DNA of 64,000 nt from an uncultured delta proteobacterium (lineage in GTDB: Bacteria; Myxococcota; Kuafuiibacteriia; Kuafuiibacteriales; Kuafuiibacteriaceae), in contig CAWDML010000001.1 of assembly GCA_963803435.1 (NCBI GenBank), positions 864,001 to 928,000 of the forward strand, in the 5' to 3' direction. Position 1 is the first letter of the stretch; every line of letters begins with the position of its first letter. This document shows, in pieces, positions 21,303-30,078 of this stretch. Below the pieces are notes generated by a model. The model searched no databases, was not told the DNA's origin, and was given only the letters and a program-made list of their open reading frames with translations. The position numbers were made by a program, and so were the translations under genes.

Positions 21303-22583
21303 TCAGACGGCGCGGGCGTGCGTGGCGACGGGATCGAGGTGGGCGTCGAAGACCATGGCGACGTTCCGGACGAAGCGCCGTCCGCGCAGCGTGACGCGGA
21401 CGGAGCGTGCGTCGAGCTCGACCAGGCCGTCCCGCTCGAGCTCGGCCAGGCGCGCGCGCTCGCGCTCGAACTCCGGTCCCACGCGTGAGAAGAGGTTGCA
21501 CATGAGGTCGGCGATGATCGCGCCGCGGCGGTCGTCGTCGCCGGTCCGGAGGAGTCCGCGCTGGGTGGCGAACCGGCCGGACCCGATGGCGGCGTAGTAC
21601 TTGGCCAGCGCGACCTCGTTCTGCGCGAACGCACCGCCCACGTCGGAGATCGCGCTCGCGCCGACGCCGATCACCTGCGACTCGTCGGTCGTGTAGCCCT
21701 GGAAGTTGCGCCGCAGCCGTCCGGCCCGGCTCGCGATCGCGAGGGCGTCGTCCGGCCGTGCGAAGTGATCCATCCCGACGAACTCCCAGCCGAAGGACGT
21801 CAGCGTGCGGACCGCCTGTTCGAAGAGCGCGAGCTTCTCCTGGCCCTCGGGGAGCAGCGCGAGCCGTCGCTGATGCGGCTTCAACGTGGGGACGAACGCC
21901 ATGGCAAAGACCGCGATCCGATCGGGCGCCAATCGCACCACCTTCTCGAGCGTCGCCCCCCACGACTCGGCGGTCTGATGCGGCAGGCCGTAGATGACGT
22001 CGAAGTTGACGCTCTCGAGCTCGAGCCGCCGGGCCGCCTGAAGGAGCACCTCCGTCTGCTCGAGGGGCTGCTCGCGGCCGATCGCCTCCTGGACGCGCTC
22101 GTCGAAGTCCTGCACGCCCATCGAGATCCGGGTGAAGCCGAGGCGCCGCAGGAGCTCGAGCTGTCCAACCGACGTCACCCGCGGGTCGATCTCGATCGAG
22201 AGATCCCCGCCGAGGTCGAACCGGTCGGCGATCGCTCGGAAGACGCGCTCCAGGCGGGGCTCGTCGAGGAACGTCGGCGTCCCGCCACCCCAGTGCATCG
22301 CGGTGAGCGTGCGCCGCCGTCCGAGGGCGTTCGCCACCAGGCGAAGCTCCTCCTCGACGTGGTCGAGGTACCGATCGGCGGTACTGGCCTGCTTCGCCAC
22401 TGCGACGTTACAGCCGCAGAACCAGCAGCGCTCACGACAGAACGGGATGTGCAGATAGAGCGAGACCGGATCCCCGGCCCGCTCGAGCGCGCTTCGATGA
22501 TCGTCGCAGCCGAAGGCCGACGACCACGCGGGTACGGTGGGATAGCTGGTGTACCGAGGTGCCGGAACATCGTATGCGATCAT
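21303..22583 (-). CDS. hemN: Oxygen-independent coproporphyrinogen III oxidase
   Basis: PRYTSYPT, LYLHIPFCRERCWFCGC (radical SAM), HWGGGTPT, GMDHFA, RNFQGYT. Confidence 0.93.
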   Translation of the reverse strand: MIAYDVPAPRYTSYPTVPAWSSAFGCDDHRSALERAGDPVSLYLHIPFCRERCWFCGCNVAVAKQASTADRYLDHVEEELRLVANALGRRRTLTAMHWGGGTPTFLDEPRLERVFRAIADRFDLGGDLSIEIDPRVTSVGQLELLRRLGFTRISMGVQDFDERVQEAIGREQPLEQTEVLLQAARRLELESVNFDVIYGLPHQTAESWGATLEKVVRLAPDRIAVFAMAFVPTLKPHQRRLALLPEGQEKLALFEQAVRTLTSFGWEFVGMDHFARPDDALAIASRAGRLRRNFQGYTTDESQVIGVGASAISDVGGAFAQNEVALAKYYAAIGSGRFATQRGLLRTGDDDRRGAIIADLMCNLFSRVGPEFERERARLAELERDGLVELDARSVRVTLRGRRFVRNVAMVFDAHLDPVATHARAV

Positions 22584-22590
22584 GGCTTCC

Positions 22591-22983
22591 TCACAGCGCG
22601 AGTCGGAGAAAGTCGGCCTCGGTGAGGATGCCCACCAGTCGCTCGTTCTCGATCACGGGGAGGCATCCGTACTTCAAGCTGAGCATCGTCCGCGCCGCGT
22701 AGGAGAGATCGAGATCCGGGTCGACCGTGTACGGAACGACCGTCATGACGTCCTCGACCTTCATCTGGTCGAGGTAGCCTCGCTGGTTGTCCAGCGAGGT
22801 CTCGGCCAGCGCCTGCCGCAGCAGGTCCCGCTGGGTGATGAGCCCGCGGAGCCGACCCTTCCGATCGACAACCGGAAGGTGTCGGATCGCGAGCGCAGAC
22901 ATCTTGTCGAGCGCCGTTCCGAGCGAATCGCTCGGGTTCAGGGTCTCGACCGGAGACGACATCAGATCACGAATTCTAGCCAT
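22591..22983 (-). CDS. CBS-pair protein
   Basis: MARIRDLMSSP...IRHLPVVD...GLIT...KYGCLPV...LVGILTEADF. Confidence 0.88.
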   Translation of the reverse strand: MARIRDLMSSPVETLNPSDSLGTALDKMSALAIRHLPVVDRKGRLRGLITQRDLLRQALAETSLDNQRGYLDQMKVEDVMTVVPYTVDPDLDLSYAARTMLSLKYGCLPVIENERLVGILTEADFLRLAL

Positions 22984-22995
22984 TCGGGTCCTCAG

Positions 22996-23011
22996 TGCAG
23001 GCCGCGTGCCC
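22996..23011 (-). promoter_or_regulatory. Putative sigma54 promoter of the CBS-hemN unit
   Basis: GGGCACGCGGCCTGCA, 12 nt before ATG 22983. Confidence 0.55.
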
Positions 23012-23063
23012 GAGGGCCGGCCCTCCTCACGGCCCGCGACCGTCCGGGATCGGTAACAGCAGG

Positions 23064-23489
23064 CTACTCGCTCGCTTCGACGAGGTGCCGCACGAAGTCC
23101 GATTCCGTGATGATGCCGACCAGCTCCTCGCCGCCGACGACCGGCAGGCAGGAGAACTTGTTCTCGAGCATCATCCGCCCCGCGTCGCTCAGGTCGGTCT
23201 CGGGCTCGACGGTGCACGGCACGACCGTCATGATCTCCTCGATCCGGACGCCGCGCAGATATTCGCGCTGGGCGGAGACCGGCAGCTCACTCGCGCCCGC
23301 CAGCGCGTTTCGAAGCAGATCGCGCTCGGAGAGCAGGCCGACGACGTCCCCGACCTCGTCCACCACTGGAACGTGTCGAAAGTGCATCTCGTCCATCAGG
23401 TCCCACGCCGCCAGCGCCGTGTCCGTCGCCGATAGGGCACGCACCGACTCGGTCATCAAATCGCGCACCTTCAGCTTTTTGGCCTTCAT
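23064..23489 (-). CDS. CBS-pair protein (paralog of 22591..22983)
   Basis: KVRDLMT...FRHVPVVD...KFSCLPVV...LVGIITESDF. Confidence 0.88.
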   Translation of the reverse strand: MKAKKLKVRDLMTESVRALSATDTALAAWDLMDEMHFRHVPVVDEVGDVVGLLSERDLLRNALAGASELPVSAQREYLRGVRIEEIMTVVPCTVEPETDLSDAGRMMLENKFSCLPVVGGEELVGIITESDFVRHLVEASE

Positions 23490-23503
23490 ACCAGCGATGC
23501 GCG

Positions 23504-23519
23504 TGCACTCGGCATGCCG
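23504..23519 (-). promoter_or_regulatory. Putative sigma54 promoter
   Basis: CGGCATGCCGAGTGCA, 14 nt before ATG 23489. Confidence 0.5.
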
Positions 23520-23626
23520 CCGCACCTCACCGGCGAGGACCGGCACCCCATTCCCCCGCCGTAACCTCCCGCGTGACCTCGTCACGGGATGGAGACGTAC
23601 GTTTGATGACCCCACCTCTTTCTCCC

Positions 23627-23642
23627 TGGCACGACTCTTTCA
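23627..23642 (+). promoter_or_regulatory. Putative sigma54 promoter (variant -12)
   Basis: TGGCACGACTCTTTCA, 12 nt before GTG 23655; the palindrome CGTGAC-CTC-GTCACG lies upstream at 23572-23586. Confidence 0.5.
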
Positions 23643-23654
23643 GCAGCCGGGCTC

Positions 23655-24108
23655 GTGAAGAACGTCGCGCTCGCCCTCCCGGCCGTGCTCCTGCTCGCCT
23701 GCGCCTGCGCGTCGGAGCGAAAGCTCCCCGCGCCCGGCCATCTCCCTGAAACCGCGCGCGAGCTGATCCACGAGCGCATGATGAGCCACGGCGACGACAT
23801 GTCCGATTCTCCTGTGGGCCACGCTCTTCCTCGACGACGAGAGCGTGAAGGACATCGCCGAGCACCTCCAGTCGGGCCCGCGCTTCGCCCGGCCGATCTC
23901 GGGCGACGCCACCGAGCTCAACAGCCTGCTGCCCGCCGAGTTCTTCGCCCTGCAGGACGAGCTCAGGAGCCAGGCCGACGAGCTCGCCGAGAGCGCCAGC
24001 CGGAAGGACTATGAGGCGATGGCCGCAGCGTACGGTGCGCTGACCCAAACCTGCGTACGCTGCCACTCGATCTATCTCGCGTCACCGCCGGTGGCTCGAG
24101 GGAGGTGA
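23655..24108 (+). CDS. Cytochrome c'-like (class II) lipoprotein; apparent frameshift at 23805
   Basis: Signal VLLLACAC; helical body; C-terminal TCVRCHSIY. ORFs 23655 and 23845 join when one T is removed from GATTC. Confidence 0.8.
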
Positions 24109-24141
24109 CGTAGAGCCGCGAACGCCGTATGCCGGCAAGCG

Positions 24142-26019
24142 ATGGATTGGCAGCAGCGATTTCAGTCCAAGCGCTCCACCCTTCGCGAAGCCGTCGGCCT
24201 GATCCCGAAGGGGAAGCACGTCTTCATCGGCTCGGGGGCGGCGATTCCGGCGGGCCTCGTCGAGGAGATGGTGGCGCAGGAGGCTCGGTTTGCGGATAAC
24301 ACGATCGTCCACATCCTGACGCTCGGCCCCGCACCCTACGTCGAGGAGCGCTACGCGGGCAGGTTTCGTCATAACGCGATCTTCATCGGTGCCAACGTTC
24401 GCACGGCGGTACACGAAGGGCGCGCCGACTACTCACCGGTCTTCCTCTCACAGATTCCAGACCTGATGCGCAGCCGGCGACTGCCGATCGACGTCGCGCT
24501 GATCCAGGTGACACCTCCCGACCGCTTCGGGTTCGCGAACCTGGGCGTCTCCGTCGACGTCGTGCTCGCCGCGATCGAGTCCGCCAAGCTGGTGATCGCC
24601 GAGGTGAACCCGATGATGCCGGTGGTGCGCGGAAGCGGCTACATCTCGGTGGATCGGATCGACGCGTGGGTCGACCGCGAGGCGCCTCTGCCGGTGCACG
24701 AGCGCGAGCCCATCGACGACATCTCCAGCGAGATCGGGCGCCACGTCGCGACCCTGATCGCGGACGGCGCGACCCTCCAGCTGGGTATCGGCCAGATCCC
24801 GGACGCGGTCGCCGCGGCGCTGCTCCACAAGAAGGATCTCTCCATCTGGACCGAGATGATGCCCGAGGGCGTCCTCGATCTGATCGAGAACGGGAACGTG
24901 ACCGGCAGGTTCAAGACCATCGATCCGCGCAAGGTCTCCGCCTCCTTCACCTTCGGTAGCAAGCGGCTCTACGACTTCATCGATCAGAACCCGCTGCTCT
25001 CGTTTCAGCCCTCGGACTACATCAACAACCCGATCCGCATCTCCGAACAGCATCAGATCGTCGCCGTGAACAGCGCGCTCCAGATCGACGTGACCGGACA
25101 GGTTTGCTCCGACTCGATCGGCACCAAGTTCTACTCGGGCATCGGCGGTCAGGTGGACTTCATCCGCGGCGCCTCGATGTGCCGCGGCGGTCGTCCGATC
25201 ATCGCGGTCCGCTCGACAGCGCGTGAAGGCACCTTGAGCCGGATCGTCGCCACGCTCGACGACGGCGCCGGCGTCGTGACCTCCAGAGGAGACGTACACT
25301 ACGTGGTCACCGAGTACGGGGTCGCGGATCTGCACGGCCGCAGCATCCGCGAGCGCACGAACGCACTGATCGCGATCGCGCATCCCGACTTCCGGGCTGA
25401 GCTCCTCTCGCTCGCGAAGGCCCAGCGCTACGTCTTTGCCGATCAGCCGGCCCCTCGCACGACCTACCGCTGGCAGCACGAGCTCCGCTTCCAGGCGCGG
25501 AACGGCGCGGAGCTGCTCCTGCGTCCCATCCGCGAGATCGACGAGCAGCGGATGCGCGACCTCTTCTACAGCCTGTCCGAGAGCACCGTCTACAAGCGAT
25601 GGTTTCGCGTCGTCCCGCGACTACTGCGGGCGGATCTGCTCGGCTACCTCGACGTCGATGATCGAGACAACGTGGCGATCATCGCGGAGACGCAGACGGA
25701 AGACAGCGAGCCGGAGATCGTCGCGGTCGGGCGCTATCACAACGACCGGGCCTCGAACTATGCAGAGGTCGCGTTCGAGGTCCGCGACGACTGGCAGAGG
25801 CAAGGGATCGGCACGGCGCTGTTGCGCCACCTGATCGAGATCGCGAAGCAGAGCGGCATCGACGGTCTGACGGCCGAGGTCCTCGCCACCAACACCGAGA
25901 TGATGCGCGTCTTCCACAGGTCGGGGCTCGAGGTGAGCTCGATCCTCTCGGGCCAGGGTTACGAGGTGACGATGCCCTTCGGTCGGGAGGTCAATCACCC
26001 GGTCGGGTCTCGCGGGTGA
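24142..26019 (+). CDS. Acetyl-CoA hydrolase/CoA-transferase fused to a C-terminal GNAT acetyltransferase
   Basis: DGATLQLGIGQIP, SGIGGQVDFIRGA, VTSRGDVHYVVTEYG; GNAT region EVAFEVRDDWQRQGIGTALL. Confidence 0.92.
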   Translation: MDWQQRFQSKRSTLREAVGLIPKGKHVFIGSGAAIPAGLVEEMVAQEARFADNTIVHILTLGPAPYVEERYAGRFRHNAIFIGANVRTAVHEGRADYSPVFLSQIPDLMRSRRLPIDVALIQVTPPDRFGFANLGVSVDVVLAAIESAKLVIAEVNPMMPVVRGSGYISVDRIDAWVDREAPLPVHEREPIDDISSEIGRHVATLIADGATLQLGIGQIPDAVAAALLHKKDLSIWTEMMPEGVLDLIENGNVTGRFKTIDPRKVSASFTFGSKRLYDFIDQNPLLSFQPSDYINNPIRISEQHQIVAVNSALQIDVTGQVCSDSIGTKFYSGIGGQVDFIRGASMCRGGRPIIAVRSTAREGTLSRIVATLDDGAGVVTSRGDVHYVVTEYGVADLHGRSIRERTNALIAIAHPDFRAELLSLAKAQRYVFADQPAPRTTYRWQHELRFQARNGAELLLRPIREIDEQRMRDLFYSLSESTVYKRWFRVVPRLLRADLLGYLDVDDRDNVAIIAETQTEDSEPEIVAVGRYHNDRASNYAEVAFEVRDDWQRQGIGTALLRHLIEIAKQSGIDGLTAEVLATNTEMMRVFHRSGLEVSSILSGQGYEVTMPFGREVNHPVGSRG

Positions 26020-27004
26020 GCGCGACGCCGATATTCGGAGGTCGAACGTCGAGGAGGCTTCCACCCACCGCGTAGAGTCGACCGGTGGTGCCGAACAACG
26101 CGTGAACCGTGAGGAAGGTCGGGCTCTCCTCCTCGGTGACCGAGAGCGTGTCGAAGTCGAGCTTGGCGAGCGTGCCCTGGTCACCGCCGATGTGCGCTGT
26201 GTTGGGGTCGCCCATCCACACGCCGTTGAGACCGGGCAGGGGGGCCAGCGATTGATGTCGCCACGTCGAGCCGTCGAACGTGACCACATGACCGTTGTCG
26301 CGGCCGCCGATCACGGCGATCCGGTCCGGTCCGGTGCCCCAGAGGGAGATCAGATCCTCGTTCGTCCCCGACTCGATCGCCGTCCAGGTGGAGCCGTCCC
26401 AGTGCGCGAGCACACCGCGCTGCCCGACGGCGTAGACGTTGTTCGAGGCCGTACCCCAGACCTTGAAGTACGCGAACACGTTCGGATGGGAGGCCGTCGG
26501 CGTCGAGCTCTTGGTCCAGTTGTGCCCGTCGAAGTGAAGGATGGTGGGATCCTGATCGGTGTGCCCCTGTCCTCCGACCGCCCAGACATCGTCCGGCGCG
26601 GCGCCCCACACACCCCACAACGTCTGGTCCGTGGGCGTGTCCATCTTGGTGAACTTCGCGCCGTCGAAGTGGAGGATCGTTCCGTTCGAGCCCGCGAAGA
26701 AGACATCGTCCGGCCCGAAGCCGAAGCACCAATTGAGCAACGGGACGTCCAGCCCGAGGTCGACCTGGTTCCAGGACGCACCGTCGAACTGCATCACGAC
26801 GCCCTCCTCCGGAGCGCCGCCGACCGCATAGAGGTCGTCCGCCGACGGTCCCCACGCGGACAGGAACCACCCCACATCCGCGGCTGGAAAGGCCTCCGTC
26901 CAGACCGGGGGAACCTCACCATCGCCGTCGGTCGCGCTCTTGCTGCAAGCCGCGACGGCGAGCATCAGCGCCGTCCCAGCGATCCAGCCCGCGATGCGTC
27001 TCAT
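25991..27004 (-). CDS. Lipoprotein with W-G repeat beta-propeller
   Basis: Lipobox VAAC; repeated (L/V)WG....DV(W/Y)AVG..G...HFDG..W units. Confidence 0.8.
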   Translation of the reverse strand: MRRIAGWIAGTALMLAVAACSKSATDGDGEVPPVWTEAFPAADVGWFLSAWGPSADDLYAVGGAPEEGVVMQFDGASWNQVDLGLDVPLLNWCFGFGPDDVFFAGSNGTILHFDGAKFTKMDTPTDQTLWGVWGAAPDDVWAVGGQGHTDQDPTILHFDGHNWTKSSTPTASHPNVFAYFKVWGTASNNVYAVGQRGVLAHWDGSTWTAIESGTNEDLISLWGTGPDRIAVIGGRDNGHVVTFDGSTWRHQSLAPLPGLNGVWMGDPNTAHIGGDQGTLAKLDFDTLSVTEEESPTFLTVHALFGTTGRLYAVGGSLLDVRPPNIGVALTRETRPGD

Positions 27005-27116
27005 GGAGCTCATCGGTTCGAAGGCTTCGTATTGAATCAGAAAAAACGAGCCGCGTCTTTGAACGTCCGTCCCGGTGTCGTTGCGGAGACCGTCTCGAGC
27101 CAGTAGCGTTCTGGCC

Positions 27117-27638
27117 ATGCACTGGCGTGCGCTCTTGATGCTGACCCTCGCCGCGTGCACCCCGTCCGAGCCGCAGGTCGATCCGACTCCCGATGCGTCC
27201 GAGCCCGACTCGGGCGAAGCACCGACGGTCGAGATCGGGACCGGACAGGACGACTTCGTTCCCCTGACCGAAGGCGAGCTCGTCCCCCTCAACCAGGGCA
27301 CCCAGGGCGGCGGCCGCTTCCTCGGCTATCACATCTGGAGCGCGGTCCGCGCCAAGGGCTTCGAGCCCAAAGACGCCCTCCTCGAGTTCGTGTTCGTCGA
27401 CTCGACCGGCACCGAGCAAGCGCGCCAGTCACGGCAGCTCACGCTGCTGGCCAGCGGCGACGCCTTCATCGCCTACGGCTTCGCGCCGAGGATCCAGGAC
27501 TGCTGCGCGGTCTCCAACCAGGCCGTGACGATGCAGGTCCGGCTCGAGGACGGCGCCGGTCTGGTGGGCAGCGACGAGCGCACGGTCATGGCGGGTCCCT
27601 GCGTCGAGGTGAACAGCGGACAGCTCGTCTGCCCCTGA
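27117..27638 (+). CDS. Hypothetical lipoprotein
   Basis: MHWRALLMLTLAAC lipobox; EIGTG...F.PL..G...G.QGG..H.W motif. Confidence 0.75.
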   Translation: MHWRALLMLTLAACTPSEPQVDPTPDASEPDSGEAPTVEIGTGQDDFVPLTEGELVPLNQGTQGGGRFLGYHIWSAVRAKGFEPKDALLEFVFVDSTGTEQARQSRQLTLLASGDAFIAYGFAPRIQDCCAVSNQAVTMQVRLEDGAGLVGSDERTVMAGPCVEVNSGQLVCP

Positions 27639-27663
27639 GTCGGTCCCATGATTGCGGACACTG

Positions 27664-28776
27664 ATGGCGCCAGCTGACCGGCGGAGGCGGTTCCCGATCG
27701 GGATCTCGCTGGCGATCCTCGGCGGATGCGCTGCACATCGGCCGGTCCAGGAGCCCCGCTACCCGCCCGACGTGGTGCGCGCGCTGATCGTTCGCCTTCT
27801 CCCTGCAAAGGCGGCCGACCGAGAGGGCTGGGCGACCGACATCGATGCCGCGTTCGCGGCGCTCGACCTCGAGCCCACGCCAGAGAACCTGTGCGCGACG
27901 GTCGCGGTGACCGAGCAAGAGTCGTCGTTCGCCGTCGACCCGATCGTACCGGGATTGGGCAAGATCGCGCGGGCCGAGATCGATCGCCGCGCCCAACGAA
28001 TCGGTGTGCCGAAGTTGATCGTGCGCGCCGCCCTGCTCCTCGAGTCCCCCAGCGGGAAGAGCTACGGCGAGCGGCTCGACGCCGTGCGCACCGAGAAGGA
28101 GCTCAGCCGCCTCTTCGAGGACTTCATCAGCGAGGTTCCGATGGGCCAGAAGCTCTTTGGATCCTCGAACCCGGTGCACACGGGCGGGCCCATGCAGGTG
28201 AGCGTCGCCTTCGCCGAACAGCACGTGCGCGAGCATCCGTATCCCTATCCGCTCCACGGATCCGTACGCCACGAGGTCTTCAGCCGGCGGGGCGGACTGT
28301 ACTTCGGCATCGCCCATCTGCTCGGCTACCGGGCCGCCTACGACCGGCCCCTGTACCGCTTCGCCGACTTCAACGCGGGCTGGTATGCGAGCCGGAACGC
28401 GGCCTTCCAGATGGCGGTCAGCGCCGTCTCGGGCGTCTCGCTCGCGCTCGACGGCGACCTGGTCCGATACGACAGCGACGAGCCGGGCGCCACCGAGCGG
28501 GCGGTTCGTACCCTCGCCGCTCGCCTCGACCTGAGCAACGCCGAGATCCACCGTGCGCTGGAGAAGGGAGGAACCGCGGCCTTCGAGCGGACGTCGCTCT
28601 ATGAGCGGCTCTTCGCGCTCGCCGAGCGGGCGGCGCACCGGCCCCTCCCCCGCGCGACAGTTCCGCGCATCGCCCTCGAGAGCCCGAAGATCACCCGGAA
28701 GCTCACCACCGAATGGTTCGCCAACCGCGTCGACCAACGCTACCGGAGATGCTTGGCCAAGATCGGCGACTCCTGA
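27664..28776 (+). CDS. DUF1615 family lipoprotein (YaiW-like)
   Basis: Lipobox LGGC; NPVHTGGPMQVSVAFAE, EVFSRRGGLYFG, YRFADFNAGWYASRNAAFQ, SPKITRKLTTEWFA. Confidence 0.88.
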   Translation: MAPADRRRRFPIGISLAILGGCAAHRPVQEPRYPPDVVRALIVRLLPAKAADREGWATDIDAAFAALDLEPTPENLCATVAVTEQESSFAVDPIVPGLGKIARAEIDRRAQRIGVPKLIVRAALLLESPSGKSYGERLDAVRTEKELSRLFEDFISEVPMGQKLFGSSNPVHTGGPMQVSVAFAEQHVREHPYPYPLHGSVRHEVFSRRGGLYFGIAHLLGYRAAYDRPLYRFADFNAGWYASRNAAFQMAVSAVSGVSLALDGDLVRYDSDEPGATERAVRTLAARLDLSNAEIHRALEKGGTAAFERTSLYERLFALAERAAHRPLPRATVPRIALESPKITRKLTTEWFANRVDQRYRRCLAKIGDS

Positions 28777-28780
28777 GCGC

Positions 28781-29269
28781 CTACTCGAGCTCGCCCCCTG
28801 GATCGACGTCGACCAGATCGCCTGTGTCGATCTGATCCGAGACGCAGCCATCCGCTGTGCACGTGTCACCCTCGTCGCAGGCGGCGCCGCGGCACGAGGC
28901 GGCCAGGAACATCTCGAGGAGGAGGCTGCGGTGGGGCTCGAAGCCGATCCGCGCGCGGCGCTCGAGCACGAGGGCGCGATCACCGTCGAGCGCGACCAGA
29001 TCGATCTGGATCTTCCGATCAGGGTCGTCCTCGAGCGGAACCACCGCAAAGGAGAACGGGGGGCCCGCGGATCCCTGCGCGTCGAGCACGAAGTCGTTGA
29101 GCGAAACCGGGGCCCCGTTCGCGTCGCTCACCACGGCCCGGATCACTGCGATGTCCTCTGGAACGCGCAGGTCCGTGCGCACCACCACCACGAGACCCGT
29201 CGGCGCGGCGCCGCAGCCCAAGAGCCCAAGCACCACGGCCAGCGAGAGGGAGGGAGAAGCACGCCTCAC
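28781..29269 (-). CDS. Hypothetical lipoprotein with Cys-rich C-terminus
   Basis: GTG overlaps the upstream stop; LLGC lipobox; LVVVVRTDL; CRGAACDEGDTCTADGC. Confidence 0.7.
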   Translation of the reverse strand: MRRASPSLSLAVVLGLLGCGAAPTGLVVVVRTDLRVPEDIAVIRAVVSDANGAPVSLNDFVLDAQGSAGPPFSFAVVPLEDDPDRKIQIDLVALDGDRALVLERRARIGFEPHRSLLLEMFLAASCRGAACDEGDTCTADGCVSDQIDTGDLVDVDPGGELE

Positions 29270-30051
29270 GGATCGAGCCCTCGCAGCACGACCCCCGTGG
29301 TGCCCGGGTAGATGGTGCGGTCGCGGCTCGCCAGCGCCACGCCGGCGGCGACGCCGCCTGCGACCACCACGCCGAGCGCCACCCAGAACCAAGGTCCGCT
29401 GAAGAACGAGGCCGCCGTCGGGGCGTCCGCGATCGGGACCTGTGCCTCGACCGGAGGGGGTGGAGGCAGGCTCGGGGGCGGAGGCGGGCTCGGGGGCGGA
29501 GGGAGCGCGACGGCCCGATGCTCACCTTCACGAAGCTCGAGCTGGGCGCGGCCGATCTCGATCCCACCGCGAACGCGCACGACCAGATGCGGACCTGGAT
29601 CCACCGGCAGCTCGAGCCCCAACGCGGCCGCCGGAACCGCGTCGCCGTCGAGCAGCGCTTCCTCGCCAGGCATCGGGTCGACCATCGAGATCGTCAGGCG
29701 CGGGATCCTCGGCTCGAGCGCCGCCAAGAGACGACGCGCCTCCTGTTGGGCCGCGCGCTGCGCGTCGCCGTCTTCGCGAAGGAATCGTCGATACGTCTCG
29801 CGCGCCTCCACCCAGCGCGACGTCTTCATCTGCGCGCCGGCCAGGTTGAACAAGATCGACGGCTGGTGACTGAGCGCGTATGCCCGGGCGAAGGCGTCGC
29901 ACGCGTCCTCCCAGCGGTCCTCCTTGGCCGCGGCCACTCCCTGGTTGAACTGCTCGCGGGCGACCGACACCTCGCCGGGTGAAGGTTCGTCCGCGAGGAG
30001 CTCGCCGGGCGCCGTCGCGAGCAGCGCGAGGACGATCGGCCCCATCCGCAC
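29266..30051 (-). CDS. TPR + PEGA-like membrane-anchored protein
   Basis: Signal peptide; TPR-like AREQFNQG...ILFNLA; PEGA-like LPVDPGPH; Pro-rich linker and C-terminal TM (WFWVALGVVV). Confidence 0.8.
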   Translation of the reverse strand: MRMGPIVLALLATAPGELLADEPSPGEVSVAREQFNQGVAAAKEDRWEDACDAFARAYALSHQPSILFNLAGAQMKTSRWVEARETYRRFLREDGDAQRAAQQEARRLLAALEPRIPRLTISMVDPMPGEEALLDGDAVPAAALGLELPVDPGPHLVVRVRGGIEIGRAQLELREGEHRAVALPPPPSPPPPPSLPPPPPVEAQVPIADAPTAASFFSGPWFWVALGVVVAGGVAAGVALASRDRTIYPGTTGVVLRGLDP

Positions 30052-30078
30052 CGCCCGAAGCTTACCTCGACCGTGCGA

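Noticed and set aside
23602-23616. FNR box upstream of cytochrome c'
   Set aside because: Only the TTGAT half-site is present; there is no ATCAA half at the right spacing.
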